From Nitrospinota bacterium (GTDB lineage Bacteria; JADFOP01), in NCBI GenBank assembly GCA_022562795.1, contig JADFOP010000019.1, forward strand, positions 1-35,570: DNA of 35,570 nucleotides, read 5' to 3'. The first letter of the stretch is position 1. The number at the start of each line of letters is the position of its first letter. Below, in pieces: positions 16,456 to 26,748 of this stretch. The notes beneath the pieces were generated by a model. That model was not told where the DNA came from. It ran no database searches and saw only the letters and a program-made list of their open reading frames with translations. A program made the translations under genes and the position numbers.

Positions 16456-18405
16456 GTGAAGTTGCTTGTGGCGGTGGGAGCAGTCGCCTTATCCCTTGCA
16501 TCTGCCGAGTCAATTCTTGCTCAGAGCTACAACCTGGCGCCGAATCCTGGGTTCGAACGGTCGCTAAGTGGTGGCAAGGGCCCATATGGCTGGACAGCCT
16601 CACCCCAGACCGAGAGGAGCCGCTTGGATTGGGAACAGAGCGGTGGATTAGCTGGACGGGCTATCTCAATCTCCGGCCCAGGGGCCTGGAAGGCCCGCAT
16701 AGAAGGGCTCATCCCAGGCAGGAACTACCTCCTGAGCTTGAGGCTAAAGCGGGAGGGCTGGAGGGACGGTGAGTATCCGAGTCTCAAGATCTTCGGCAAG
16801 GAGATTCTTTTGAACGAAATCTGGTCATACGGGCGCTGGATGCCCGTGAGCCGGATTCTCAAGGCTCCTTCCACGGATACGGAGCTTAGGCTCATCAACC
16901 CGGGCTTGACTCACAAGCTCTGGTTCGACGACGTTCGCCTGGAGGAGCTCTCCGCCTATCCAACCCGGCCTGCCTCCGGCGCGGTTGCCAGGTGCCGGCG
17001 TCCCAACTTCGAGTGGCGGATGACCGAGGACGAGCGGGTGTACGAGATAGAAGTGGAGCTATCCCGCTCCTCGACTTTCGAGGCCACTAGGAGCTTCAAG
17101 ACCTACAGCCCTCTGGGCCCGAGACTAGCACCCTCCGAGCCCCTGGAGCCGGGCCTCTGGTACTGGCGTCTCAATCTCAACTTGAACGGTCGGAAGATAT
17201 CCACCTCCAACCCCGCCTCTTTTGTCGTAGAGACAAGGACCGACGATTGCAAGCCGAGCCCTTCGACCATCAAGGCTCCTTCCTGGTCGGGGAATCTAGA
17301 CTTATTTCCTCTCGGCATCTACTCGGCCAAGCTCGAGGCATTTGCCGAGCTCAAGGCGGCGGGTTTCAACAGCGTTCAGACCTACGCGAGCTCGGCTTCC
17401 GAGGTCGAGGCCTTCGTTGACGCCGCCGAGCGCCAAGGCCTTAAGGCCCTCGTCTTCATACCCAAGGAGACCTGGAGGTGGGGTCCTCTCCAATCGGCCC
17501 GTCTAATGCGGCGTTTGAGCTCTTCACCCGCCCTCCTCGGCTGGTACCTGGCCGACGAGCCTGAGGGCCGGGCGGTCTCCCCAAGTTACCTCTGGAAGGT
17601 GCGGAGATATCTTCACTGGTTTGATACGGCCCATCCAGCGGCGATGACGGTCCTAAGAGGCCACAAGACTCACGACTACGCCGCGGCCACCGACGTTATC
17701 ATGGTCGATCCATATCCTATTCCAAAGATGCCATTCACCTGGCTTTCCGACACCGTCGATGAGGCCATGCGGGCCGCAAACGGGTCGAAGCCCGTCTGGG
17801 CCGTTATCCAAGCCTTCAACTGGTCTGAGGACCATTCCAGCTTCGAGGGAGGCCGGCTTCCCACCTACGAAGAAGAGCGCCTTCTCGCATACCTCTCCGT
17901 AGTCCACGGCGCCTCAGGCCTCTTTTTCTTCACCTATATAGGGGGCGACGCAGGCCAGATACGGATAGCGGACCATCCAGACCACTGGCAAGGGGTCAAG
18001 CGGCTGGTGGGGGAGCTAAGCCGCCTTGAGCCCATCCTTCTGGCTCCAGATGCCTCAAAAGGATGGAAAGCCTATGTGGGGAAAGCTAATGGCCAAGCCC
18101 GGGCCGTTTTACCCGCAACCGATGGAAACGGCTCCCAGCCGAGCCCCCTCCATTTCTCCGTAAGGCGGATTGATGAAGAGGTTGGTCCAATTATCCCTCC
18201 TGGGGACTACCTCATAGCGGCGAACGTCTCTCGGGAGCCCATACGGGTAACCTTCCTGGCGCCAAGCCCTTTGATGAAGAATGTGAAGGTTTTTGGTGAG
18301 GAAATAACCCTTCCCGCCAATGGTCCTAGGTTCGACGATACATTAGCCCCCCTGGGGGTTGTAATTTACCGGTTGGGAGGAAAGAGAAAGGAGGTGTTGA
18401 AGTGA
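16456..18405 (+). CDS. Secreted/periplasmic glycoside-hydrolase-like protein (CBM-like + Ig-like + TIM barrel)
   Basis: GTG at 16456, 1 nt after the upstream stop, gives a signal peptide (ORF track starts at 16414). NLAPNPGFE...WFDDVRL is CBM4/9-like. GFNSVQTY, GWYLADEPE and MVDPYP are GH-A-clan-like barrel motifs. Confidence 0.6.
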   Translation: MKLLVAVGAVALSLASAESILAQSYNLAPNPGFERSLSGGKGPYGWTASPQTERSRLDWEQSGGLAGRAISISGPGAWKARIEGLIPGRNYLLSLRLKREGWRDGEYPSLKIFGKEILLNEIWSYGRWMPVSRILKAPSTDTELRLINPGLTHKLWFDDVRLEELSAYPTRPASGAVARCRRPNFEWRMTEDERVYEIEVELSRSSTFEATRSFKTYSPLGPRLAPSEPLEPGLWYWRLNLNLNGRKISTSNPASFVVETRTDDCKPSPSTIKAPSWSGNLDLFPLGIYSAKLEAFAELKAAGFNSVQTYASSASEVEAFVDAAERQGLKALVFIPKETWRWGPLQSARLMRRLSSSPALLGWYLADEPEGRAVSPSYLWKVRRYLHWFDTAHPAAMTVLRGHKTHDYAAATDVIMVDPYPIPKMPFTWLSDTVDEAMRAANGSKPVWAVIQAFNWSEDHSSFEGGRLPTYEEERLLAYLSVVHGASGLFFFTYIGGDAGQIRIADHPDHWQGVKRLVGELSRLEPILLAPDASKGWKAYVGKANGQARAVLPATDGNGSQPSPLHFSVRRIDEEVGPIIPPGDYLIAANVSREPIRVTFLAPSPLMKNVKVFGEEITLPANGPRFDDTLAPLGVVIYRLGGKRKEVLK

Positions 18406-19175
18406 AGGTTGTCATCCTAGCCGGCGGCCTGGGCACCAGGCTGGCCGAAGAAACCGAAGTCAAACCCAAGCCCATGGTTGAGATCGGTGGACGCCCTATC
18501 CTCTGGCACATTATGAAGCACTATACCCACTATGGGTTCAACGAATTTTTCGTAGCCTTGGGCTACAAAGGTGAGATTATTAAGCGCTACTTCATGGACT
18601 ATTATCTTTTAAGCGGCAGCATGACGATCAACTTATCTAATGGCAACCTTCAAGAGCGCAAGAAAGTGTGTGATGACTGGATCGTGCACCTCGAAGATAC
18701 CGGCCTGCAGACCCTCACGGGTGGCCGTATTAAGCTCCTGGAGCCGTTCTTGAAAGACGAGACCTTCATGGTGACCTACGGTGACGGTGTTAGTGACCTG
18801 AATCTACATGATTTATTGCGCTTCCATCGCTCTCAGGGTCGGCTGGCGACGGTGACGGCAGTTCGTCCGCCTGCCAGGTTCGGTGGTCTGGTTTTCAACG
18901 GCGATTTGGTGGTTCGATTCACCGAGAAGCCTCAGATCGGTGAAGGATGGATCAATGGTGGGTTCCTGGTCCTTGAACCGGGAGTTCTTAATTACCTGGA
19001 GGGGGATGACACCAGCCTGGAGGCGGACGCGCTGGAAAGGCTGGCTGCCGATGGCCAACTAGCAGCCTACCAGCACGGCCGCTTCTGGCAGTGTATGGAT
19101 ACGCTGCGCGACTTGCGGCTCCTGGAGAGTCTCTGGCGAGATGGGAGTCCTCCCTGGAAAGTGTGGGACGAATGA
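18402..19175 (+). CDS. rfbF: Glucose-1-phosphate cytidylyltransferase
   Basis: [65 protein letters not shown] overlap with the upstream stop. Confidence 0.95.
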   Translation: MKVVILAGGLGTRLAEETEVKPKPMVEIGGRPILWHIMKHYTHYGFNEFFVALGYKGEIIKRYFMDYYLLSGSMTINLSNGNLQERKKVCDDWIVHLEDTGLQTLTGGRIKLLEPFLKDETFMVTYGDGVSDLNLHDLLRFHRSQGRLATVTAVRPPARFGGLVFNGDLVVRFTEKPQIGEGWINGGFLVLEPGVLNYLEGDDTSLEADALERLAADGQLAAYQHGRFWQCMDTLRDLRLLESLWRDGSPPWKVWDE

Positions 19176-20200
19176 TGACTGCTGACAATGGTTTCTGGCA
19201 AGATCGCCCGACCTTCGTTACCGGCGCAACTGGTCTCGTAGGGGGGTGGTTAGTGGAGAGGTTGCTCGACCTTGAGGCAGAGGTGGTGTGCCTGGTGCGT
19301 GATTGGGTGCCCCAGAGCGATTTTCTGCGCGGCAGGTTGGTCGAGAGGGTCAAGGTGGTCAGTGGTGATGTAAGGGACCAGGCCCTATTGGAGCGGATAC
19401 TAGGTGAATACGAGATAGATACAGTCATTCACTTGGCTGCGCAGACCATTGTTGGTATCGCTAATCGTAACCCTGTCTCAACGTTTGATACAAACATTGG
19501 CGGGACTTGGTCGCTTTTGGAGGCGTCTCGGCGCAGCCCGAAGGTGAGTCAAATTGTACTGGCTTCGTCAGATAAAGCGTATGGGAGTCAGGAAAGGCTA
19601 CCTTACGACGAAAACATGCCATTGCAAGGCCGGCATCCCTACGATGTCAGCAAATCGTGTGCAGACCTGATTGCGCAGGCGTACGCGACGACCTTTGATA
19701 TACCTCTGGCCATTACTCGCTGTGGGAACTTCTACGGCGGCGGCGATCTAAACTGGAATCGCATAGTGCCTGGAACCATCCGCTCCGTGCTGCGAGGCCA
19801 GCGACCCATCATCCGCTCGGACGGCCAATTTGTCCGAGATTACTTCTATGTCGAGGATGGGGCGGCGGCCTATACGCTGCTTGCCGAACGGCTGGCCGGG
19901 AACCCTGAGCTGAACGGCCAGGCGTTCAACTTCTCCAACGAAGAACATATCACTGTGCTGGAGGTAGTGGAGAACATCCTGGAGCTGATGGGGTCCGATC
20001 TGGAGCCTGACATCCGCAATGAGGCCTCTAATGAGATCCGTTGCCAGTGTCTGAGCGCTGCTAAGGTGCGGCGGTCGCTGGGCTGGAGGCCTTTGTTTTC
20101 ACTGGAAGAAGGCTTGCAGAGAACTATTGAGTGGTACAGGAATTCTCTAGGGGTATCATCTAATGGGGAACTTGCCGTCCGCATGCCGGTCTTGTGGTGA
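19172..20200 (+). CDS. rfbG: CDP-glucose 4,6-dehydratase-like extended SDR
   Basis: [44 protein letters not shown] 19172 overlaps the rfbF stop (ATGA). Confidence 0.78.
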   Translation: MMTADNGFWQDRPTFVTGATGLVGGWLVERLLDLEAEVVCLVRDWVPQSDFLRGRLVERVKVVSGDVRDQALLERILGEYEIDTVIHLAAQTIVGIANRNPVSTFDTNIGGTWSLLEASRRSPKVSQIVLASSDKAYGSQERLPYDENMPLQGRHPYDVSKSCADLIAQAYATTFDIPLAITRCGNFYGGGDLNWNRIVPGTIRSVLRGQRPIIRSDGQFVRDYFYVEDGAAAYTLLAERLAGNPELNGQAFNFSNEEHITVLEVVENILELMGSDLEPDIRNEASNEIRCQCLSAAKVRRSLGWRPLFSLEEGLQRTIEWYRNSLGVSSNGELAVRMPVLW

Positions 20201-21404
20201 AGTTGGTCTAGAAGGTGTTCTCTCTTTAGGCCGTACACCGCTTGCCAATTCCTTGCTCACAGCGGGGCAGCTTGACCAGCCAGAGCCGACCTACCCGCTC
20301 GAGCTGGCCTTCTGTCCATATTGTTCCTTGGCGCAGATTACAGAGACGGTGCCTCCTGAGGAGCTGTTTCGAGAGTACCTCTACTTTTCCTCCTTCTCCG
20401 ATACCATGCTGAAACATGCTAAAGAGCTCGTCGGAAGTCTGATCTCCTCACGCCGTTTGAGCGGCTCCAGCCTGGTTGTGGAGGTGGCCAGCAACGACGG
20501 CTACCTGCTTCAGCACTACAAGGAGGCTGGTTTCTCGGTGTTGGGTATCGAGCCGGCGGTCAACGTAGCACATGTGGCTCGGCACGAGCGGGGGATCCCC
20601 ACGCTGTGCGAGTTCTTCGGCCTTGAGCTGGCCGAACGGCTGGCGGCGCAGGGCCAACGGGCCGATGTGATCCACGCCAACAACGTGCTGGCGCACGTGG
20701 CCGACCTGAACGGATTCGTGCGAGGCATCCGAACCATGCTCAAAGATGACGGGGTCGCGGTGATTGAGGTGCCGTACGTAAAGGATTTGATCTGCCACGT
20801 GGAGTTCGACACCATCTACCATGAGCACCTGAGCTACTTCTCGCTAACTTCGTTGAACCGTCTCTTCCAGCGCCATTCGCTCGTCATCCAGGACGTTGAG
20901 CGAATCCCCATCCACGGTGGTTCGATCCGGCTCTTTGTGGGTGTGGCCTCAGAAGGTATCGACCGTTCGTCGTCCGGCGTCCAGGACCTGCTGGCCGAGG
21001 AATCGGGCTGGGGCCTTGATTGTCTCGACTTCTACCAGGGCTTTGCGAACCGGGTGGAGGAATTGAAAAGCTCTCTTTGCAATATGCTATCGGAACTGAA
21101 GCAAAACGGTACTCGCCTTGCCGCCTATGGGGCATCAGCCAAGGGAAGTACCCTACTAAACTACTTCGGTGTTGGACGAGAGCTTCTCGACTTCGTGGTG
21201 GACCGAAGCCCCCACAAGCAGGGGCGCTACATGCCTGGGGTGCACCTGCCGATCTATCCACCGGAGAAATTGCTGGAAACAATGCCTGATTACGTGCTGC
21301 TGCTGGCCTGGAACTTTGCCGATGAGGTCCTGGCGCAGCAAGAAGGCTATCGGCTGCGGGGGGGGAAGTTCGTTATCCCCTTGCCGGAGCCGAGGGTAGT
21401 GTGA
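20163..21404 (+). CDS. NDP-keto-sugar C-methyltransferase (zinc-binding, TylCIII/NovU-like)
   Basis: CRSC...CPYC zinc ligands; [46 protein letters not shown]. Confidence 0.88.
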   Translation: MGNLPSACRSCGEVGLEGVLSLGRTPLANSLLTAGQLDQPEPTYPLELAFCPYCSLAQITETVPPEELFREYLYFSSFSDTMLKHAKELVGSLISSRRLSGSSLVVEVASNDGYLLQHYKEAGFSVLGIEPAVNVAHVARHERGIPTLCEFFGLELAERLAAQGQRADVIHANNVLAHVADLNGFVRGIRTMLKDDGVAVIEVPYVKDLICHVEFDTIYHEHLSYFSLTSLNRLFQRHSLVIQDVERIPIHGGSIRLFVGVASEGIDRSSSGVQDLLAEESGWGLDCLDFYQGFANRVEELKSSLCNMLSELKQNGTRLAAYGASAKGSTLLNYFGVGRELLDFVVDRSPHKQGRYMPGVHLPIYPPEKLLETMPDYVLLLAWNFADEVLAQQEGYRLRGGKFVIPLPEPRVV

Positions 21405-21856
21405 CGATGATCGAGGGCGTGCAGGTAATTCCACTGAAACGCATCCCCGACGAGCGGGGCACCATCTACCACATGCTCAGGTGCAACGATCCACACTTCA
21501 GCCAGTTTGGTGAGATTTACTTCTCCACGGTCTATCCCGGCGTGGTCAAGGGCTGGCACCGTCACCGGGAGATGACGCTCAACTACGCCTGCCCCTTCGG
21601 GAGCATCAAGCTGGTGCTCTACGACGAGCGGGAAGGAAGTCCCACGAAAGGCGAGCTCATGGAAGTTTTTCTAGGGACGGATAATTACTCGCTGGTCATC
21701 ATCCCGCCCGAAGTGTGGAACGGCTTCAAGGGAATGAGCGATCCGCACGCCATTGTTGCCAACGCCTGCACCCATCCGCACGACCCATCGCACAGCACGC
21801 GGATGGATCCATTCGAGAATCATATTCCATATGATTGGGGCGTCAATCATCATTAA
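21401..21856 (+). CDS. NDP-4-keto-6-deoxyhexose 3,5-epimerase family (RmlC-like cupin)
   Basis: [35 protein letters not shown]. Confidence 0.85.
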   Translation: MTMIEGVQVIPLKRIPDERGTIYHMLRCNDPHFSQFGEIYFSTVYPGVVKGWHRHREMTLNYACPFGSIKLVLYDEREGSPTKGELMEVFLGTDNYSLVIIPPEVWNGFKGMSDPHAIVANACTHPHDPSHSTRMDPFENHIPYDWGVNHH

Positions 21857-21906
21857 GTTATCTTGGTACATTCCATCGATGACGCTCCTCCGTAGAGGTT
21901 GATTCC

Positions 21907-22839
21907 GTGCGTGTGTTTCTTACAGGAGCCACGGGCTTTATAGGTTCGCATGTTGCGAGGCTTTTGGTAGCGGAAGGCTGTGAAGTTTACGCACTCGTTC
22001 GGCCCGGCAGCAATCTCTGGCGGATAGAGGATATTGTTCCGTTACTGCAAGTAGTTCCGTACGACCTGTTCGAAAAAGAGGAGTTGGAGGCTGAGTTGTC
22101 GAGGATTCGGCCCGAGCTATGCCTCCATCTGGCATGGTATGCAGAGCCGGGCAAATACCTGGCGAGCCGGGAAAACATCAGGCTCTTGAACGCAAGCTTG
22201 AATCTAGCAACGTTGTTGGAGAGCCTTGGCTGCAAGAGGTTCGTATCGGCGGGAACATGTTTCGAGTACGATACCAGCCTGGGCTATCTTTCCGAAACCA
22301 CCCCGACCGCTCCAAGTAGTATCTATGCCGCCAGCAAGTTGGCTTTGCACCTCGTGCTGGAGCAAATCGCAGGCGCCTCGAGTATGAGCGTCGCCTGGAT
22401 TCGCCTGTTCTATCAATATGGTCCGTACGAGCATGAGAGACGCTTAGTGTCCTCTGTCACCCGCTCGTTGTTGCGCAATCAGGTGGCGGAGGCGACTTTA
22501 GGTGAACAAGTGAGGGATTTTCTCCACGTTGAAGACGTGGCGTTGGCCGCATGGGCGGTTGCCCGGAGCGGTCTCTCGGGCCCCGTCAATATTGGTTCAG
22601 GAGAGCCCGTCACCGTCCGGGAGATCGTCACCACCATTGGGGCCGTTCTCAATCGGCCGGAGCTGATCGCTCTTGGCGCCCTGCCGGATAGAGCATCCGA
22701 CCCGCCTTTCGTATGCGCCGATAACCGTCGTCTGGTGGAAAACACGGGATGGGCTCCCCGCTACGGTCTGGAGGAGGGGTTGGGCCATACGGTTGCCTGG
22801 TGGCAGGCACACCTTCGGTCTTGCTTGGTCCGTGCTTGA
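21907..22839 (+). CDS. NAD(P)-dependent extended SDR, probable NDP-4-keto-sugar reductase
   Basis: TGATGFIG; HLAW; GTCFEY; YAASK; RDFLHVEDVA. Confidence 0.8.
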   Translation: MRVFLTGATGFIGSHVARLLVAEGCEVYALVRPGSNLWRIEDIVPLLQVVPYDLFEKEELEAELSRIRPELCLHLAWYAEPGKYLASRENIRLLNASLNLATLLESLGCKRFVSAGTCFEYDTSLGYLSETTPTAPSSIYAASKLALHLVLEQIAGASSMSVAWIRLFYQYGPYEHERRLVSSVTRSLLRNQVAEATLGEQVRDFLHVEDVALAAWAVARSGLSGPVNIGSGEPVTVREIVTTIGAVLNRPELIALGALPDRASDPPFVCADNRRLVENTGWAPRYGLEEGLGHTVAWWQAHLRSCLVRA

Positions 22840-22869
22840 AATCCGCATTAAGGGAGGTCGTGGTTAAGA

Positions 22870-23622
22870 ATGAGCGAGGACAGATTGCGATCCTTGGGCA
22901 ATAAGATTCAAGTCAAACTGCCCGATGGGATTGCGGAAATTGATATTTACACGGAAGAAGGCTACCAAATATTGTCGAACCTTTGGACGCGTTCGGGCTG
23001 GCAGCGCAAGATTTCTTATGAGTTAACCTGGTTAGGGATCCCTATCATCCAGCTTCCTGAGGATATCCTCATGATGCAGGAGCTGATTTACAAGGTTAGA
23101 CCTGATACGATTATAGAGACAGGAACGGCACACGGTGGGACGGCTATCTTCTACGCATCCATCCTTGATTTGCTGGGAAAAGGTCAAGTCATCTCGATAG
23201 ACATCGAGATTCGCAAATATAATCGTCTAGCCATTCAATCTCACCCTATGAGCAAGCGCATAAGCCTCATTGAAGGCAGCTCGACCGACGAGACGGTAGT
23301 GGATCGGGTTCGGGGGATGATTGGCCCTTCGGACAAAGTGCTGGTGGCGCTGGATTCCAACCACACATACGCTCATGTGCGCCGGGAGCTAGAGAAATAC
23401 GGACCCCTGGTCACGCCGGGCAGTTACATTGTCGTCTTTGACGGTGTGATGGAGATGGTGAGTGATGCGCCGAACGGCTCTCCAGAATGGGCCACCGACA
23501 ATCCAACCTCAGCCATCCGGGACTTTCTGGCCGAGCATGATGAGTTCGAGGTGGATCCATACTACAACAGGATGGGGGTGACGTATTGTCAGGGGGGCTT
23601 TTTGAGGCGGAAGCTTCCTTAG
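22870..23622 (+). CDS. CmcI family protein (cephalosporin hydroxylase-like; probable sugar O-methyltransferase)
   Basis: TWLGIPIIQLPED; PDTIIETGTAHGG; LDSNHTYAHV; GSYIVVFD. Confidence 0.85.
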   Translation: MSEDRLRSLGNKIQVKLPDGIAEIDIYTEEGYQILSNLWTRSGWQRKISYELTWLGIPIIQLPEDILMMQELIYKVRPDTIIETGTAHGGTAIFYASILDLLGKGQVISIDIEIRKYNRLAIQSHPMSKRISLIEGSSTDETVVDRVRGMIGPSDKVLVALDSNHTYAHVRRELEKYGPLVTPGSYIVVFDGVMEMVSDAPNGSPEWATDNPTSAIRDFLAEHDEFEVDPYYNRMGVTYCQGGFLRRKLP

Positions 23623-23642
23623 CGTCGTGGGCCTTAGGCGAG

Positions 23643-25169
23643 ATGAAAAATATCTCCAGACTCTCAAAGAATATCGTCTACAACTTTTTCGGCCAGGGGC
23701 TGCTCCTTCTCCTCGGCTTTGTCGCCGTCAAGTATGTATTCAAACATTTGGGCGAGGACGCGCTCGGGATCATCTACTTCACGCTCACCATGAACAGCGT
23801 CCTGTGCACCGTGCTAGAGCTGGGGATCAGCACCACTACGGTCCGGGAGGTATCCGCTCATTTCAATGACGAACCGGAATACATTCGAGACCTTATCCGC
23901 ACGGCCTCTTTATTTTATTGGGGTGGATTCCTCCTGCTTGCGGTGCTGGTCTATTTCGGCGCCCCTTTTCTTGTTGAGAAATGGATCAACTTGGAGTCGA
24001 TGGACACGGCCACGGCAACACTGGTTTTGCAGATCATGGGGATATCGGCGTTGGTCGGCTTGCCTCGAACTCTTTACATGAGCCTTTTTCGCGGCCTGCA
24101 GCGGATGGAGTTCAACAACATCATAGACGTCGCAGCCACGGCGCTCCAGCAATTTGGGATCATCTTGATATTAGTAATGGGAGGAGCCCTCCTCCACGTT
24201 GTCTATTGGATCGCGGCGTCGTTCGGCATTTGCATTTTGTTTTACGTTCTTGCCGTGCAACGGTTCTTTTCGTGGCGGGCGCTCGTGCCGGGCTACTACC
24301 CCTCCGTTGTCAGAAGAAACATCAGGTACTCTTCCAGTATGACGTCGATTTCCCTGTTCTCCATGGTGCACTTGCAGGCGGACAAGCTGATTGTGAGCAA
24401 GCTTCTGCCCATAGGCCTCTTCGGGTATTACGGTTTCGCCTCCAGTGTTATTTCGAAGTCGAGGTTCCTGACCAGCGCCGTTTCTCTAGCCGCCTTCCCC
24501 TCCTTTTCTTCCCTCTTCAAGGAGAGTGACCGAGCTACCATGATGTCGCAATACCGAAAATTACATGATTTTCTCTGCTTTGGAACGGTCTTCGTCTTTG
24601 CGGCGATCCCCTTCGCGACGTTGCCTCTTTTTGGATATTTGTTTAACCCTGAGGTCGCCGAGACACTTTTGCTCCCCGTAACTTTCCTAACCATCGGCTA
24701 CTATATGAACGCAACGTTGTACGTGCCCTATGTTTTCTCCCTTGCGGTTGGCAAGCCGGGAATTTCGGCGAGGTCTAACTTCTATGCGCTGTTCGTCGTC
24801 CTTCCGGTCACGGCGGCTTTGATCTATCACTTTGGGCTGGCCGGCGCGGGCTTTTCGTGGGTCTTCTACCACCTCTTTGCGTATTCATATGCTATTCCCC
24901 GGATTTGCTCTCAATGCCTGGAAATTCCGGCAGGGCAGTGGTATCTCCATGTGTTTAAGATTCTGGGTCTGATCGGTGCCACATACGGAATTGCGTGGCT
25001 CTTTGTGGCATCCGGCGGCACATACAGCGTGTCGGTCTTAGCTGTGGCTTATGCTGCCGCCTCCCTTGCCTTTCTCGTCTGCTCATATCTAATGATTGGT
25101 GGAGAGCTTCGGGTGACTTTGTTGAGGCTCTCACAGGTCTTGAGAATGAGAAGAGCGGAGATTGTCTAA
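23643..25169 (+). CDS. wzx: Oligosaccharide flippase (MOP superfamily)
   Basis: LSKNIVYNFFGQ; ELGIS; QADKLIVSKLL..FGYY; AAFPSFS; about 12-14 TMs. ATG 23643 chosen over the overlapping TTG 23586. Confidence 0.88.
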   Translation: MKNISRLSKNIVYNFFGQGLLLLLGFVAVKYVFKHLGEDALGIIYFTLTMNSVLCTVLELGISTTTVREVSAHFNDEPEYIRDLIRTASLFYWGGFLLLAVLVYFGAPFLVEKWINLESMDTATATLVLQIMGISALVGLPRTLYMSLFRGLQRMEFNNIIDVAATALQQFGIILILVMGGALLHVVYWIAASFGICILFYVLAVQRFFSWRALVPGYYPSVVRRNIRYSSSMTSISLFSMVHLQADKLIVSKLLPIGLFGYYGFASSVISKSRFLTSAVSLAAFPSFSSLFKESDRATMMSQYRKLHDFLCFGTVFVFAAIPFATLPLFGYLFNPEVAETLLLPVTFLTIGYYMNATLYVPYVFSLAVGKPGISARSNFYALFVVLPVTAALIYHFGLAGAGFSWVFYHLFAYSYAIPRICSQCLEIPAGQWYLHVFKILGLIGATYGIAWLFVASGGTYSVSVLAVAYAAASLAFLVCSYLMIGGELRVTLLRLSQVLRMRRAEIV

Positions 25170-26658
25170 AACAGCAATGTCTTTGCCAGTTGTAAGCATG
25201 AAATATTGCTCTTCCTTGGGGCAAGTTGATATGGCCAGCGTAAACAGCGCTGTGCTGAATAGATCAAGGACCTTCAGAGAGAACATTGTCCTGTTGTTTT
25301 GCCTGGCGGCATTTGTGGTTGTATTAACACAGACAGGCATTGAGCTTTACGTGCCCGCAGTTTTCGGTTCGTTCGTATTGATTTTGCTTTTTCAAAAAAT
25401 ATTGTTGGATGCTTCATTGAGCTTTTTGTATATGACAGTACCGTCATTTTTTCTGCTCCTTTACCTTGTCCTGATGTCAATTCCTTCGATGATAATTTTC
25501 CCCACAATGCAGCCCCCCACAAAATATACTTACTTTTTAGCAATTCAAAGTGTTCTAGTCACGTTTCCAATTGGAGTGATGTTAGCCAACCTTCACGTTC
25601 AAAACCCTTCGAAGAACATTAGAGGATATTTACACTCAAAGCTTGAAAAGACCGAGCAGGACCGTTTATTTCTTCCTTTCTTCAAATTGTTCATCATCTC
25701 GTCTATACCAATAATGGTGCTCTATTTCTTATATTCAAAACATGTTCAATTAATAGAAGTAGCTAAAGTATATCCAACTCTAATTGAGAAAGAAGCGTTA
25801 AGATTCACAGCAAATGAGCTGCCCAAGATTATCCACTTCCTATTTGAGATGCTTCGCAGGTTTATTTTGCCCTTTTGTATGTTATACGCATTCTTCATGG
25901 CATTGGTATACAAGTCTAAATGGAAAATAACATTCTCGATGTTATTCTTTTCAACCCTGGTCGTTAGTATGTTGACATTGGATAGAGCTCCCCCAGCTGC
26001 CGTGTTTTTCATGATTATAATAGCGTATATTCTGGCAAGGAACAAATCAATCTTTGGCGCATTTAATATTAAATTAATTCTGATTTTTGCGATCGCCTCC
26101 ATGTTGGGAGGAGCTATTTCAATATTGCAATATCAGTCAGATTACTATTGGGATGTGTTTGTAAATAATGTTTGGTACTTTACGTCCTATAGGTTACTAC
26201 AAGACCCATCTTATATGGCGTCTCTCGCATTTGAGAATTTTAATGAAGGAACCGGATTCTTATATGGAAAAGCCATACGGTTATTTTCGGTATTGCTAAA
26301 TTTTGAATATGTGGAGAGCCTTGACTTTGCTATACCGCTGGCCGCCGCCCCTGTCAGTTTCATCGGGGATTTGTGGAGGAACTGGGCGTGGCCTGGTGTA
26401 ATTATTGGTTCGATATGCCTGGGATATCTATACCAGCTAATTCAGTTAAAATTATTTACCACCAAAAATGTGACAAGTTTAACGATTTACGTAATAATAC
26501 TTACCCAATCTGTCTGGATACTATATGGTAATTTATTGGGAATTATGTCAGTGACGGTTTTTTCAATATCGATATTCTTTGGTTTATTAAATAATAGACG
26601 TACAAAATCATATAGACATCGATATCACATAATGAGTGTGAAATCGAGTGCCTTTTAA
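25162..26658 (+). CDS. wzy: Putative polysaccharide polymerase (Wzy-like), AT-rich
   Basis: Polytopic membrane protein right after wzx, with LDRAP and a late GDLWRNWAWPG loop typical of Wzy-like proteins. Start uncertain (25162, 25177, 25198 or 25231). Confidence 0.65.
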   Translation: MSKTAMSLPVVSMKYCSSLGQVDMASVNSAVLNRSRTFRENIVLLFCLAAFVVVLTQTGIELYVPAVFGSFVLILLFQKILLDASLSFLYMTVPSFFLLLYLVLMSIPSMIIFPTMQPPTKYTYFLAIQSVLVTFPIGVMLANLHVQNPSKNIRGYLHSKLEKTEQDRLFLPFFKLFIISSIPIMVLYFLYSKHVQLIEVAKVYPTLIEKEALRFTANELPKIIHFLFEMLRRFILPFCMLYAFFMALVYKSKWKITFSMLFFSTLVVSMLTLDRAPPAAVFFMIIIAYILARNKSIFGAFNIKLILIFAIASMLGGAISILQYQSDYYWDVFVNNVWYFTSYRLLQDPSYMASLAFENFNEGTGFLYGKAIRLFSVLLNFEYVESLDFAIPLAAAPVSFIGDLWRNWAWPGVIIGSICLGYLYQLIQLKLFTTKNVTSLTIYVIILTQSVWILYGNLLGIMSVTVFSISIFFGLLNNRRTKSYRHRYHIMSVKSSAF

Positions 26659-26748
26659 GTGGCATTCCTCGTATTCAGAATTGTCCCTGATAGTGTCTAA
26701 TCAATACTTTCAACATTATTTGAAACGTGGTTACCTAAGAAATAAGAT

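Noticed and set aside
21358-21365. G8 tract in the C-methyltransferase (also G7 at 14900-14906, 27896-27902 and 34073-34079) as phase-variation sites
   Set aside because: Tracts are short, all frames are intact, and such runs are expected in GC-rich Gly codons. Read-level length variation would be needed.
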